Positions 1 to 12,739 of a stretch of 64,000 bases of DNA are shown piece after piece. Each line of letters begins with the position of its first letter. Within the stretch, counting starts at the first letter, position 1. This DNA comes from Octopus sinensis (taxonomy: Eukaryota). Under the pieces are notes generated by a model that saw nothing but the letters and a program-made list of their open reading frames with translations, had not been told where the DNA came from and ran no database searches. The DNA lies in the NCBI RefSeq assembly GCF_006345805.1, contig NC_043005.1:84630001-84694000 (forward strand), given 5' to 3'. The translations under genes were made by a program, and so were the position numbers.

Positions 1-69
1 GTCTCGGTCATATGTCACAGCCTCCATAAAAACACATATATAGTTCCTACCTCACTAGATACAGATACA

Positions 70-275
70 ATTACATATACCTCACTGACGTGGCCGATGA
101 CAGTACCGCCTGATTGGCACTCGTGCCAGTGGAACGTTAAAAGCACATCTGAGCATGATTGTTGCTAGGGCCGCGGTTTGGCTCCCATGCTGGTGGTACA
201 TAAAAAGCACCATTTGAGCATGATCGTTGCAGCATCACTTTACTGGCATATGTGCTGGTGGCACGTGAAAAACGT
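70..275 (+). mobile_element. RTE-LINE 3'-UTR module fragment (about 3 degenerate ~60-bp units)
   Basis: Recurrent GGTGGCAC(G/A)TAAAAAGCAC motif, the same as in the 3' UTR of the RTE at 31318-32200. Confidence 0.6.
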
Positions 276-901
276 TACCATTCGCCATCTTTCTTTCTTC
301 CCCTAACTTGTGTTTCTTTCTTTCTCTCTGTTATAGCTGGAACAAGGAAGACGTGTTCTTGGTTGTCTCCTGCCCAGGCTTGATTTGCATATTCATCACC
401 GCAACCTCGTTTAGGCTTAGCATCCCTTCTTGTTTGATTTCACTGTCCTGTTTGTGTTACCAATTTTGACTGTCGGCAAAAATCCCAAATTTTATTTAAT
501 TTGCTTTGTGGGAGCAACTGCTTTATTGAAAGCATATATTGTTGTTAAATGCTCGAAATACAAGACTAGAAAAACAGCCAACAACTGATAAAGGATCGCT
601 CTTCATATTGTTTATTTTGTTTTCCATTTGTGTCTTTTGTTGTTCGAAAGAATAGTTCATATTCCATGTACTCTTACTTTGTACATTTTTTGTTGTACAT
701 GTTTCGTAACGTCCTGTGCCCACATATGCATATATGTATACGTATAGATGTAAGCATGTACATATACATATGTATAGATGCATATATATATATAAAAATA
801 TATATGTATTATTTATATTATATATATATATATATATATATATCAAATAAAAATAAAAACGGAAAATACGCACACTTACATGGTTATGGTATAATTTTAA
901 T

Positions 902-936
902 GTATCAACCGGTTTCGCAATCGGTATTCATGATAC
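902..936 (-). ncRNA. Mutated copy of the same hammerhead in the opposite arm
   Basis: Minus strand GTATC-ATGAATA-CC(gatt)GC-GAAAC-CG-GTT-GATAC; the 10.1:11.1 pair is broken. Confidence 0.65.
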
Positions 937-1020
937 AATGAATCTCATGAATCTCATTATAAACAACATGGACCCATTTTCTTCTTAAGAAAAAATGTAT
1001 TTTCATATAAATTAAACATT

Positions 1021-1055
1021 GTATCATGAATAGCGATTGCGAAACCGGTCGATAC
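1021..1055 (+). ncRNA. Minimal type I hammerhead ribozyme, A3:U8 core variant
   Basis: GTATC-ATGAATA-GC(gatt)GC-GAAAC-CG-GTC-GATAC: stem I 5 bp, stem II 2 bp, palindromic stem III ACCGGT, GUC triplet. Confidence 0.8.
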
Positions 1056-1172
1056 TTTAAAAATTATACTATAACCATGTAAGTGTGCGTATTTTCCGTT
1101 TTTATTTTTCTTTTTCTTATATACATTACAATCCACTACGTGGGGACAACTGAAATTCCTCTTTTCTGTTAC

Positions 1173-1207
<35 letters not shown>

Positions 1208-1210
<3 letters not shown>

Positions 1211-1680
1211 TGCAATCTGCAACCCTCTCCAGCAACCTGCTCCAGCTGAGTAACACTAATCTTAAGGGCTCGTAGGTGCTGGTGCCATTGGGCCAAAAAT
1301 TCTTCAAGGTAGTGCACCAGAATGGCCACAGTCTAATGACTGAAATAAGTCCAACCCGTGCTGGCACAGGTTGAATGGTTTGACAGGAGCAGACCAGATG
1401 AAAGGCTGTTTCGTCTCCATGTCAGTTTTGACAGGGTTTCTATGGGTGCAACCCTCTCCAGCTGAGCATCCCTAATCTTGTGGGCTGATAGGTGCTGGTG
1501 CCATGTAAAAAGCACCCATACCTGTGCTGTGTAAAAGCACTCAGTACACTCTGTAAAGTGGTTGGCATTAGGAAGGGCATCCAGCTATAGAAACCATGTT
1601 AAAACTGACAGGGAGCCTGAACAGCCCAGGTGGTGGTCAGCTCCTGTCAAACCATCCAACCCGTGCCACCATGGGTTGCA
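1208..1680. mobile_element. Decayed RTE 3'-tail fragments in both orientations
   Basis: GGTTGGCATTAGGAAGGGCATCCAGCTATAGAAAC and CCAACCC(G/A)TGC motifs shared with the other RTE tails. Confidence 0.6.
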
Positions 1681-1924
1681 CTTATTTCAGTCATTAGACT
1701 GTGGCCATTCTGGTGCACTGCCTTGAAGAATTTTTAGCCAAATGAGTCAATGTCTGTAATTATCTTTTACAAAATTTGTTTTTGGAAGCCTGATTCTTAT
1801 GTTGTTGCACTCTTTTGGTGAAGATGTGGCAGAAGACACTTTCACAAGGTGCCTCACAGTAGAATTGAACCTGGGGCCATGCAGCTGGGAAGCAAACTTT
1901 TTAACATACAGCCATGCAAGAATC

Positions 1925-2015
1925 TACACACACACACACATCATTTATACACATATGTATAAAAACATATCGTGTGTGTATATATATATACATATACATA
2001 TATATATACATATAC

Positions 2016-2076
<61 letters not shown>

Positions 2077-2496
2077 ATACACACATATATATAATATATA
2101 TATATACATATACATATACATATACATATATATATATACATATATATATACATAAACATATATATATACATATATATATATATATACATCTACTTCACAA
2201 ATTACATACACACACACACGCACACACACACACATGTGTATATACAATAAAAAGAATGTAAAAACCACAAACTAGAGAGCGCCACTCCTTGCTTTTTGAT
2301 TAATAATTTTGGTTATTATATATTAATGAAATGAAAGAAATAATAATTAAATGGAAAAGGCAAACAAATATAAAAACAAAGAAAAAAAACAAAAAAGAGA
2401 AAAAATGAATTAAAAACAAAAACAACAAAATCGTTCTTTCTCTCTTGGTCCATGTCCCGCCTTCCTCGTAGTAGGCATTGACGTAATCCTCACCAT

Positions 2497-2527
<31 letters not shown>

Positions 2528-2824
2528 TTCTTCATTATCATCACCATCCTCCTCCTCATCATCATCATCGTCATCATCATCATCATCATCATCATCATTA
2601 TCATCACCATCATCTTTTTCTTCCTCTTCTTCTTCTTCTTCATCATCATCATCTTCTTCTTCTTTCTCTTCATCATCACCACCACCATCACCATCACCAC
2701 CATCATCAGCAGCAGCAACACCAGCGGCAACACCAGCAGCAGCAGCATCATTGTTGTCGTCATTGTCATTATCACTGCCGCCACCACCACCACCACCACC
2801 ACCAACATCACCATCCTCCTTGTC

Positions 2825-2859
<35 letters not shown>

Positions 2860-3095
2860 TCCAAATAACAGATGTGATTGCGTTATTACGCAATAAAAGC
2901 TGCAAATTCTACTGAATGTAATGGTATTTGTTCTTATTCATACATATGCATACATACACACACTCTCACATATATATGCATATATACGTACACAACACAT
3001 ACACACTTATACATACACATTATACATACATTATATATATATGCATACACAAATATATATATATATATATATGATTATATATATATATAATATAA

Positions 3096-3129
<34 letters not shown>

Positions 3130-3450
3130 GTATGTATGTATATTATAAGAGAGAGGGGGAGAAAAAGAAAGTGAGAGAGAGAGAGAGAAAGAGAGAGAGA
3201 AATACATCTATATATATGTGTGTGGATCTATACATATATAAATGTATATACATACATACATACATATGTACATACATACATGCATGCATACACACACACA
3301 CACATACACGGAGATAGTGATAGAGAGAGGGGGCAAGATATAGATATATAGATAAAGACATATAGAGATAGAGACAGACAGACAGACAAACAGGTAGATA
3401 GATATATAGATAGATAGATAGACCTATATATATATAAATATGTATCTGTG
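1925..3450. repeat. Compound microsatellite field (TA, CA, CAT/CAC/CAG, GA, GATA)
   Basis: Simple repeats visible directly; they explain the YI/HT/poly-D ORFs. Confidence 0.95.
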
Positions 3451-4008
3451 TAGAAGGGTACATGCAATGTTCTGGGAATGGCTCTCCCTTCCCTCACCTC
3501 TTCAAATAAACCCAAATTTTAAATTGTCAAATACATTGAAAGTTTTTCAATTTCCACAAATAAATGGAAAATGCGAAAGAACCATTAACAGCGCGAATTG
3601 TTTTTGCTTCAGCAAAGCCACTCAGGTAACACTGTTATGTAAACTTTGAGGCTTCATGATTTTGAAGGATTATTGCAAAGATTTAATGGTTCTTATTTTA
3701 AATTCTGGTGCTGGCTTTTCAGTGTTGCACTCTTTGACTTTCAAACATTGATTTTGGTTAAAATGATGACTGGGTGTGTAGAATGAATATGCAGAGTGGT
3801 ATATCATTGCCAAGTAGGATGGGATGCCATCATCATCATTGTCTGTCTCGGTCTGTGTCTCTATGCATCAGGTGTGTGTGTGTGTATGTGTATTTGTGTG
3901 TGTGTATACATACACACGTAAATACATACAGATAGATAAATAGATACATTGGTTACTAAGTACATAGATAACCAGGCAGATATTCACACACACACACACA
4001 CACACACA

Positions 4009-4385
4009 TTCTTTTATTCTTTTACCTGTTTCAGTCATTTGACTGTGGCCATGCTGGAGCACTGCCTTTAGTCGGGCAAATCGACCCCAGGACTTATTCT
4101 TTGTAAGCCTAGTACTTTTTCTATCGGTCTCTTTTGCCAAACCGCTAAGTTACAGGGACTTAAGCACACCAGCATCGGTTGTCAAGCGATGTTGGGGCGG
4201 GGACAAACACACACACACATATATACGACGGGCTTCTTTCAGTTTTTGTCTACCAAATCCACTCACGAGGATTTTGGTCACCCCAAAGCTATAGTAGAAG
4301 ACACTTGCCCAAGGTGCCATGCAGTGGGACAGAACCTGGAACCATGTGGTTGGTAAGCAAGTTACTTACCACACAGCCACTCCTG
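4009..4385 (-). mobile_element. tRNA-derived SINE, full length (family A)
   Basis: Minus strand head GGAGTGGCTGTGTGGTAAG...GGTTC(T)GTCCCACTGC (A/B-box-like), central CCTTGGGCAAGTGTCTTCTACTATAGC, tail GCTCCAGCATGGCCACAGTC...AAAAGAATAAAAGA. Confidence 0.85.
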
Positions 4386-4387
4386 TG

Positions 4388-4760
<373 letters not shown>

Positions 4761-5159
4761 ATGTACTGTTTGCTTGTTGATAAGATCAGTAAAAAACTAT
4801 GGAATTCAGCAAGAATAAAATATTCAAAGAATACAGAAATTATGTTGACACAGTGTGCCATATGCCATCCTCTGAATACTGCGTTTTCTCTACATGAAAC
4901 TACATATACACTTGAAATTATACATACATACATACTTCCGCTCTCTCTCCTTCTAACAGACTCCATTCAAAATCTTGTGACTTCACCAACCTACTCACCC
5001 TCTCCAGTTCCCAGACAATCTCACTTTCTACACCACCCTATAACCTGAGTTTATGGCCCCTGCCCCCTTTCTGTCATATCTCTCTCTTTCCATCTGAGGT
5101 GGCCATGTTTCTCTTCTAATGCAAGAGAACATTTTCTGTCCATGTTGATGATAATTATG

Positions 5160-5490
5160 CTGCTGTTGCTGTTGAGTGAAGCGGTCTTCATGGGAGAAGT
5201 CCAAAACGTAGTCCTTTGCTATTCGTAAGACCCACAGAAGAGAAAGCAAGTCAACCCTCGACACCGAGAGCATCGACCATGGATGAATGTGCATCCAGGC
5301 TCAGCGGTTGCGTAGGAAGTCGGGGAGGACAAGAAACAGGAAGAAAGAGTGAGAGAAAGTTGGAGCGAAAGAGTACAACAGGGGTCGCCACTACCCCCTG
5401 CCGGAGCCTCGTGGAGCTTTAGGTGTTTTCGCTCAATAAACACACGCAACGCATCTGCTGCCCTAACCATTAGGCCATTGCGCCTCCACT
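5160..5490 (-). mobile_element. tRNA-derived SINE (family B head, alternative 3' tail)
   Basis: Head GGCGCAATGGCCTAATGGTTAGGGCAGC and GAGCGAAAACACCTAAAGCTCCACGAGGCTCCGGCAGGGG shared with 11980-12368, but a different 3' end finishing in (CAG/CAA)n. Confidence 0.75.
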
Positions 5491-6245
5491 CTGATGATGA
5501 TGATCAAGACGATGGTGATATTATTGCATAGAAAGGTCTTCATCACTGTTTCCATGTTTCTCTATTAAATTCATTCTCATGGCATCTGGTAAGCCTATGT
5601 ATATCACAGAAGACCATCACCCAAGGGACTTTTTACAGTGCAACTGAACATAAAACCGCACGGTTGAAAGTCATCTCCTGAAAAAGAAGGCCATACCTGC
5701 ATACCTGTTGATGTCTCCGTATAATAACAACCGATGTAAAACATTGGTTGTTTGGTTGGTTGAAATCGTTTGTCAAACTCTACATCAGACAGAGAGAGAG
5801 GTGGAAAGAGAGTAAAAGGGAGATACAGGAGAGAGTAAAAGAGAAATACAGGGGAGTTAATACAAGAGGTGCAGGACTACTGCACATACTAGGCTTGGTG
5901 GCAGGAGGAGGAGGAAGTGGAAGGGCGATAGTTATAGGAAAAGTTATACAAATGAGAAATTTGTTTTATTTAATTGTATTTTAAGCTAATAAATGTCTTC
6001 CTTTGGAAAATTACTGTTTATTTCATCATTTAGTATAAGGACCAAGAAATTTGATAAAGTCAATTTGTAACTATATTACATACACCTTTACCAAATTGCC
6101 TTATATAACGCATGATGGCAAAAGTTAGCTTTCATTATGTGTGTGTGTGTATATATAGGTCGATAAATAGAGAGACAGACAGATAGGTATGTATGTGTAT
6201 ATATATGTATGTATATATATATGTGTGTGTGTGTACATGTGTGTG

Positions 6246-6276
<31 letters not shown>

Positions 6277-6362
6277 ATATAGATATATACAAAACATATA
6301 CATACATATATATATATAGTATGTATGTATGTATATACATATATGTATGTATGATATATATA

Positions 6363-6401
<39 letters not shown>

Positions 6402-6749
6402 TCATATATATATGCACTATATATGCACATATATGTGCATATTTTTATATATGTATATATATATATATGTATGTATGTGTTTAAAGATCACAGATGCAAT
6501 ACAAAGACATTCACACACACACACATGTAGACGCACGCAGTTTATTATCCCTATTGGCAACAACAAACCCAGCAGTGTGTACAAACACCCCAGCAGAGGT
6601 GTGGTTGGGGGTTTATCATGATAAAGAAGCTGAAGCAAACAACCTGCTGGAATTAAAAATATTTTCAAATTTCTGTTCAACTCAGCAACAGAATTATATT
6701 TTAGCATCGTTCCTTTTTGTATGGGTGTTCTATTTCTGTGTGTGTGTGA

Positions 6750-6781
<32 letters not shown>

Positions 6782-6814
6782 CATAATATAATAATATATA
6801 TATATCATCATCAT

Positions 6815-7317
6815 CATCATCATCATCATCACCGTTTAGCATCCGCTTTCCATGCTAGCATGGGTTGGACAGTTCAACTGGGGTCTGGGAAGCCAGAAGG
6901 CTGCACCAGGCCCAGTCTGATCTGGCAACGTTTCTACGGCTGGATGCCCTTCCTAACAACAACCACTCCATGAGTGTAGTGGGTGCTTTTTATGTGCCAC
7001 CAGCACAGGTGCCAGACGAGGCTGGCAAACAGCCACGATCGGATGGTGCTTTTTACATGCCACCGGCACAGGTGCCAGACGAGGCTGGCAAATGGCCATG
7101 ATTGGGTGGTGGTTTTTGCGTGCCACTGGCACGGAGGGCAGTCGGGGCAGCGCTGGCAACAGCCACGTTCGGATGGTTCTCTTATGTGCCACTGGCACTA
7201 GTATCACAGCTACAATTTCCATTGATGTTGATGGATTTCGATTTTGATCTTGATTTTGATTTTCACTTGCCTCAACAGGTCTTCACAAGTAGAGTTTTGT
7301 GCTTGTGAAGACCTGTT
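6815..7317 (-). mobile_element. RTE-LINE 3' tail, 5'-truncated, with a terminal 16-bp fold-back
   Basis: (GAT)n tail, CCATGCTAGCATGG palindrome, 59-bp modules; hairpin 7274-7289/7302-7317. Confidence 0.85.
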
Positions 7318-7352
7318 ATATATATATAATATAGATATATATGAATATGTAT

Positions 7353-7384
<32 letters not shown>

Positions 7385-7386
<2 letters not shown>

Positions 7387-7662
7387 CGCCTCGACTGGCT
7401 TCCGTGCTGGTGGCACATAAAATACACCAATCCGACCGTGGCCGTTGCCAGCCTCGTCTGGCACCTGTGCAGGTGGCACGTAAAAAGCACCCACTACACT
7501 CACGGAGTGGTTGGCGTTAGGAAGGGCATCCAGCTGTAGAAACATTGCCAGATAAGACTGGAGCCTGGTGCAGCCTTCTGGCTTCCCAGATCCCCGGTTG
7601 AACCGTCCAACCCATGCTAGCATGGAGAACGGACGTTAAACGATGATGATGATGATGATGAT
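7385..7662 (+). mobile_element. RTE-LINE 3' tail
   Basis: GGCACGTAAAAAGCACCCACTACACTC...GGACGTTAAACGATGATGAT. Confidence 0.85.
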
Positions 7663-7739
7663 ATGTGAATATAAATATATATATATATGAAAATATATTA
7701 CATCTATATACGTAAATGTGTGTATATATATATATATAC

Positions 7740-8035
7740 CATCATCAGCAGCATCATCGTTTAATGTCTGTTGTCCATGCTGGCATGGAATGGACAGTTT
7801 GACTGAGGTCTGGAGAGCCAGAAGGCTGCACCATGCTCCAATCTGATCTGGCAATGATTCTACAGCTGGATGTCATTCCTAATGTCAATCTCTCTGAGAG
7901 TGTGGTGGGTGCTTTTTGTGCCACCGGCACAGGAACCAGTCAGGAGGGCCTGGCATCGATCACACTCGATAGTGCTTTTTGCATGCCACCAGCATGGGGG
8001 CCTCCCAGGGGATACTGGCATCAGCTATGTTTGGA
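7740..8035 (-). mobile_element. RTE-LINE 3' tail, diverged
   Basis: Same motifs as the other tails. Confidence 0.75.
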
Positions 8036-8038
8036 CAC

Positions 8039-8070
<32 letters not shown>

Positions 8071-8072
8071 TG

Positions 8073-8180
8073 ATATTTTATAATTACGAGTATAATTATA
8101 ATTAAGGTTCAGCAAAGATTTGCTTTACCACATATCTTTGCTGAACCCTAATTATAATTATACTCGTAATTATAAAATAT
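8073..8180. repeat. Near-perfect 47-bp inverted repeat with a 14-nt loop
   Basis: Arms 8073-8119 and 8134-8180, one mismatch. Confidence 0.9.
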
Positions 8181-9211
8181 TGTTTAAGTTGACCCAAAAA
8201 TGGTCCTTTTTCATGCTGAATTCTACTTGGTGAAATTATTGATTACTAGTTAATTAATAATTTTACCCTTTATATTATTATTATATATATATAATATATA
8301 TAATATATGTATGTATGTATACTACATTATATATTTGCATATATATACATGTGTGTTATATATATATATATATATATACTGTGTGTGTGGGCATAGATAT
8401 ATATATACATACCCATTTATATATTTGCATTTATATATATATATATATATAGATATATATATATATATATATATAGTGTGTGGTCTGTCTATACACACAC
8501 ACACACACATGCACACACACATACACATGCACACACACACACGCATACACACACACACATATAGATATATATATATAGATATAAATATTCAATAGGCGCT
8601 GTGCCAGTATTTGTTGATTTATTAATCCTTACAATTGTGTAAATAGGAAATGATATATATAGAATAAGAATAATTAGCCTAATTGATCTTTGGGTCAGTC
8701 AATTACTAGTTCACACATACACACACACACATGCAAACACACATACACACACACACGCAAACACACATACGCACACACACGCAAACACATATACACACAC
8801 ATATATATAAGTATATATATGTGCTTATATGCACACACATATGTATACATACAGACATATGTACATGCGTATAGAAATTTGTGTATATATATATGTGTGT
8901 GTGTGCATGTATGTATGTGTGTGTGCATGTGTGTATGTATATGGACGTATATAAATATGTAAAGTTCATGTGTATTTATATGTATATACATATGTGTATA
9001 TTTATGTGTGTATAGATATGTATATGTATATATGTATATATATATATAGATATGTATATGTATATATGTATATATATATATATATATAGATATGTATATG
9101 TAGATATGCGTGTATATATATATATATATATAATAACAAATTAATAAATAAACCATATGCATATATACATACATATATGTACGTACTTACATCTACATGT
9201 ATATATACATG

Positions 9212-9520
9212 CATATATGGGTACAGGACACCAAAAAAACATCGAATACAATGAGAAACGAAAACATAAACACAAAACCAAGGAAATGGACATTTTTCTT
9301 AAACAACGAAAAATAGAGTACAGGACATAGAACACAAGGAAAATTCCCCTTCTTCAATCGCCTCATGCTTATATATGTACTGCACAGAATTTTGGCAGTG
9401 AATAGGTTGCGGTCTCAAAGCGCCGAAAATATTTTGACAAATTAAATTTAAATGTTGAAGTGAAACTAACAGTTTTTGTGTGTTTCTTAAATGGCTTATA
9501 AACACCTTCCCCACTGTTAA
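9212..9520. mobile_element. Penelope-like pLTR fragments, including a degenerate G3-type hammerhead at 9390-9441 (+)
   Basis: 9212-9365 is the reverse complement of 44275-44415; 9385-9520 is the reverse complement of 28090-28212. Confidence 0.65.
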
Positions 9521-9535
9521 ATGTATATATATGTG

Positions 9536-9576
<41 letters not shown>

Positions 9577-9826
9577 TATATATCAAGGATGTATGTTCTG
9601 GGTGCACTAGGTTTGCACTGCACATTATTAAAAATGGCAAATTCGTATAATGTTAACCTTCCTCATAGATTTAACCACAAACCTTAATGGAAAACTTTTA
9701 ATACCCTTCTTTAAGGTTGGTAGCATTGGGTGTTTTAACAGCACACTTCATACAACAACCACCATGGGCCGTTGATATATATATTGACATACATACATAC
9801 ATACATATATATAGATATATATATAT

Positions 9827-9857
<31 letters not shown>

Positions 9858-9867
9858 TATGTATATA

Positions 9868-10050
9868 TAGGGAGAGTTATGAAAAAAACAAAAAGATGAA
9901 GACAGGTGGTGTATAAACAAACAGATGTATTAGTATAACATCAAGAATAGAAAATTATTTTATGTTCGAGCCTACGCTCTTTACAGAAAGGGACACAGAA
10001 AAAAGGAGAGAAAAAATGCGTGTAGTGGCTAACGATCTATCTATGGCTAA
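9868..10050 (-). mobile_element. Penelope-like pLTR fragment with a decayed CUGU-type hammerhead
   Basis: Homologous to 27877-28050 and 44690-44870; GAGC(gtag)GCTC hairpin. Confidence 0.6.
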
Positions 10051-10131
10051 GATATTATATATATATGTGTATATTTATATCATTATTATATATATATATT
10101 ATATATATATATGTAGTGTGTGTGTGTGTGT

Positions 10132-10168
<37 letters not shown>

Positions 10169-10383
10169 ATGTATATATATATATATGTTACACACACACA
10201 CATACATGCATATATACATATATACATTATATATATACAATTATTCATATGTGAGTGTGGAGGTGGTGTACAAGCTGATTTCCAATACATAAATTGAAGC
10301 ACGTAGCAATCTCGATGTGCTGTGTGCTGACTTTGCTTTCAGAAGCTTGTTGTTTAATGTATGGAACCCAATTGAATTATATA

Positions 10384-10433
<50 letters not shown>

Positions 10434-11182
10434 ATATATATATATATTATATTATTATATATATATATATATATCTACATGCAGATCTGTGCTTACAAAG
10501 GATACATATATGATCTCCCTAAGTATCTCCCTACATAAAGCCCCCCCTTCTCTCCTCTCCCATGTCCTATCAAGCCAGTCCATCCAACCATTAAATCCGT
10601 CCATAGCATCAATTATCTGTTTATACATCCAACCATCCAACCATCTGCCATATACCTGCCATATATCCAGCTCTCTCTCTCTCTATCTATATTCCTTCCT
10701 TCCTACCTTCTTTTCTTTCCTTCCTTCTATCTTTCTTTCTTTCTTTCTTTTTTTCTTTCTTTCTTTCTTTCTTTCTTTTTTTTCTTTCTTTCCCTCCTTC
10801 CAAACTTTCTTTCTTTAAACTCCCAAATCTTCAATATATTTAACAAAAATCTTGCTCGGGCTCTGCTCACTTACTCCCAGATTACCTGCATGAATACACT
10901 CACAAGCTCGTGTACGTGTGCATACATGCATAATTATTTCTAACCAATTTCTTTTTTACACACACACAAGTATGTAGATGTGCAAAAATACACACACAAG
11001 CATATATATGTATAAACATACATATAGACAGTGTAAATGTGCTTGGCAGCGTGTTATAGTTATCTCTCTTTCTCTCTCTTTCTATGTCTGTTTACCTATC
11101 TATCTATCTCTCTATCTACCCACCTACCTACCTACCTACCTACCTACCTACCTACCTACCTACCTTCCTACCTATCTATCTA

Positions 11183-11216
<34 letters not shown>

Positions 11217-11274
11217 CGTTCGTCCGTCCGTCTGTCTGTCTGTCTGTCCATCCGTCCATCTGCCTATCTATCTA

Positions 11275-11310
<36 letters not shown>

Positions 11311-11461
11311 TATCTTTCTAGCTATTGATTAATCTCTCTATTTATAATCATTCTCTCTCATTATCCTTTCTACCCCAAATATACCCCTTTACCTTATGTA
11401 CTTTATATAAGTCATACATAGTAAATATAGCCCTATATCAAACCTAGGGTACCCCTATATA

Positions 11462-11965
11462 CAGGGTATCCCAGAAATAACAATCTATTTCAGTGAAATC
11501 AGACAATTTTTTTTAAAACCCTTTTATTTATATTTATCGTGTTTAATATGTGTTAAAAGTGTATGAATTTAAAATTTTGTTTATAATTTTATAATTTTTT
11601 TTTTTTTTTAATCATTTTATTTTTGTTCCTGTTGGATCCCACATGTCTGTCCATGACAGCTTTCCTTTCAATTCAGCTGCAATCACTTTCCTCGTTTTCT
11701 CTACCTTCACCCCCAGGATGGAGCAATAGTTTAGCTGATCTTAAAGAATACATTCAGTTAGCCCTGCAGGAGAGAACTCCAGAAATGCTTCAAAATGTCT
11801 TTTGCAATGCTGAGGATAGATTTGAAATTTGCAGCGATAAAGTTTTGACATAAGATTTATAAATCTATTTGCTTTGGTGTCATAATTAAGTAATAAATGT
11901 AAAATTCTGTCAGTTTAAAAAAAAATTGCCTGATTTCATTAAAATAGTTAATTTTCGGACATTCT
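11462..11965 (+). mobile_element. Tc1/mariner internal-deletion derivative
   Basis: TA-CAGGGTATCCCAGAAATAAC left end with a degenerate inverted right end; residual SLADLKEYIQLALQERTPEMLQNVFCNAEDRFEIC resembles the transposase C-terminus at 59244-59400. Confidence 0.65.
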
Positions 11966-11979
11966 ATATAAACATACAT

Positions 11980-12368
11980 ACTGGAAGCACTCCGTAGGTT
12001 ATGACGACGAGGGTTCCGGTTGATCCGAATCAACGGAACAACCTGCTCGTGAAATTAACGTGTAAGTGGCTAAGCACTCCACAGACACGTGTACCCTTAA
12101 CGTAGTTCTCGGGGATATTCAGCGTGACACAGAGAGTGACAAGGCCAGCCCTTTGAAATACAGGTACAACAGAAACAGGAAGTAAGAGTGAGAGAAAGTT
12201 GTGGTGAAAGAGTACAGCAGGGATCACCACCATCCCCTGCCGGAGCCTCGTGGAGCTTTTTAAGTGTTTTCGCTCAATAAACACTCACAACGCCCGGTCT
12301 GAGAATCGAAACCGCGATCCTATGACCGCGAGTCCGCTGCCCTAACCACTGGCCCATTGCGCCTCCAC
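11980..12368 (-). mobile_element. tRNA-derived SINE, full length (family B)
   Basis: Head GGCGCAATGGGCCAGTGGTTAGGGCAGCGGACTCGCGGTC...GGTTTCGATTCTC, then body and tail GGAACCCTCGTCGTCATAACC. Confidence 0.85.
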
Positions 12369-12739
12369 AAACATACATACATAGATACAATCATCATGGA
12401 ATCTTGGGGTTAGTAGCTGGCGCTCTTAACCACTACGACATATGCCAACAAACAAGATGAGAATAAATGCAAATAATGTAAATAATGTACATAATTCCTT
12501 ATCTCTTAAATAGAGAACTGTAATGGGTATAAGTCAATAAGTGTGTTGCTGTGTTGGGTAAAGCACTGGTGATGCAACACAATGTGATACACAACATCCA
12601 CCTCTAAAGTACAATCACAAGATGTTCCGAAATAGTTGGTGCATGGAATAAAGACTAATATCAAATTCATCTTCTCTTTCCTTAATTGATTACTATATAT
12701 GGTAGTTTTTGGGTATTGTTTTGTAGCCATTTATACGTA

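Larger units (their letters stand above)
849..1109. repeat. Inverted repeat (arms ~849-940 and ~1017-1109), probable Penelope-like pLTR remnant
   Basis: The arms are near-perfect reverse complements, each carries a hammerhead motif, and the repeat is flanked by (TA)n. Confidence 0.9.

Noticed and set aside
690-720. Minus-strand CGAAACATGTA (3' half of an HHR)
   Set aside because: The 5' core is missing, truncated by a microsatellite
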